NCBI GenBank assembly: GCA_002269645.1
Contig: NIVC01001613.1
Location: 56,788 to 120,787 of the forward strand
Reading direction: 5' to 3'
DNA: 64,000 nt
Source of the DNA: Macrostomum lignano
Taxonomy: Eukaryota
Shown here: positions 63,730-64,000 of the stretch, one piece after another
Layout of the letters: each line of letters starts with the position of its first letter
Numbering within the stretch: position 1 is the stretch's first letter
Notes under the pieces: generated by a model
Told to the model about the DNA's origin: nothing
The model's input: the letters and a program-made list of their open reading frames with translations, nothing else
The model's database searches: none
Program-made: the position numbers and the translations under genes

Positions 63730-63864
63730 ATGTTGAACGGTCGAGCCTACACCGGGGCACTAGACGAGGGTCGGTACCAGGCTGTGCTTTATCAGCTCAA
63801 ATTAGGTATGGATCCCAATGTTCGAAGTCGGCATGGACTGACGCCTTTGATGCGATGCGCCCAG
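63730..63864 (+). CDS. Probable first coding exon of an ankyrin-repeat protein (3'-partial)
   Basis: MLNGRAYTGALDEGRYQAVLYQLKLGMDPNVRSRHGLTPLMRCAQ contains the ankyrin signature G.DPN..S..G.TPLM..A. Ends at donor CAG|GTAGGC. The start codon is uncertain. Confidence 0.65.
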
Positions 63865-64000
63865 GTAGGCAAAGGATCTGGAGGGATTGCTCTTGATTGT
63901 ACAGTTCGGTCCCTACTTAATTCTATGGGCAACTGAAGTTAGAAGTATACGCTACGCCAAGGAAGCCTCTCTATATTCGCTTCGCTCCTTTGCGATCGCA

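Overview
Eukaryotic (metazoan invertebrate) genomic DNA with spliceosomal GT-AG introns. There is no prokaryotic, rRNA or CRISPR content. The style (GC-richer exons with polyQ/polyA/polyG runs, introns packed with minisatellites) is reminiscent of a free-living flatworm such as Macrostomum, but that is inference. I reconstructed the genes by hand from splice sites and phase: (1) a 5'-truncated SENP6/7-like SUMO protease (+, <1-6668) with an apparent frameshift; (2) a divergent calmodulin-like gene with an intronless CDS (-); (3) an orphan 5-exon single-pass membrane protein (+, 21653-32408, 433 aa); (4) a tyramine/octopamine-type GPCR (+, 2 exons); (5) a DEG/ENaC channel with an N-terminal polyQ tract (+, 3 exons); (6) a 15-exon, 1031-aa type I membrane protein with two putative LolA/ependymin-like repeats and four PAN/apple domains (-, 48260-61850); (7) the first exon of an ankyrin-repeat gene at the right edge. 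Mobile DNA comprises a 7.7-kb head-to-tail trio of non-autonomous Helitron-like elements (11356-19030), a 5'-truncated RTE-type LINE with a possible TATATA target-site duplication, and two tRNA-derived SINE families, one of which carries a MIR-like CORE. Most large introns and several post-stop regions hold their own private minisatellite. Two of these arrays can be traced to their source: a SINE segment and the last codons of the ENaC gene. Most long ORFs in the supplied track are translations of these repeats.
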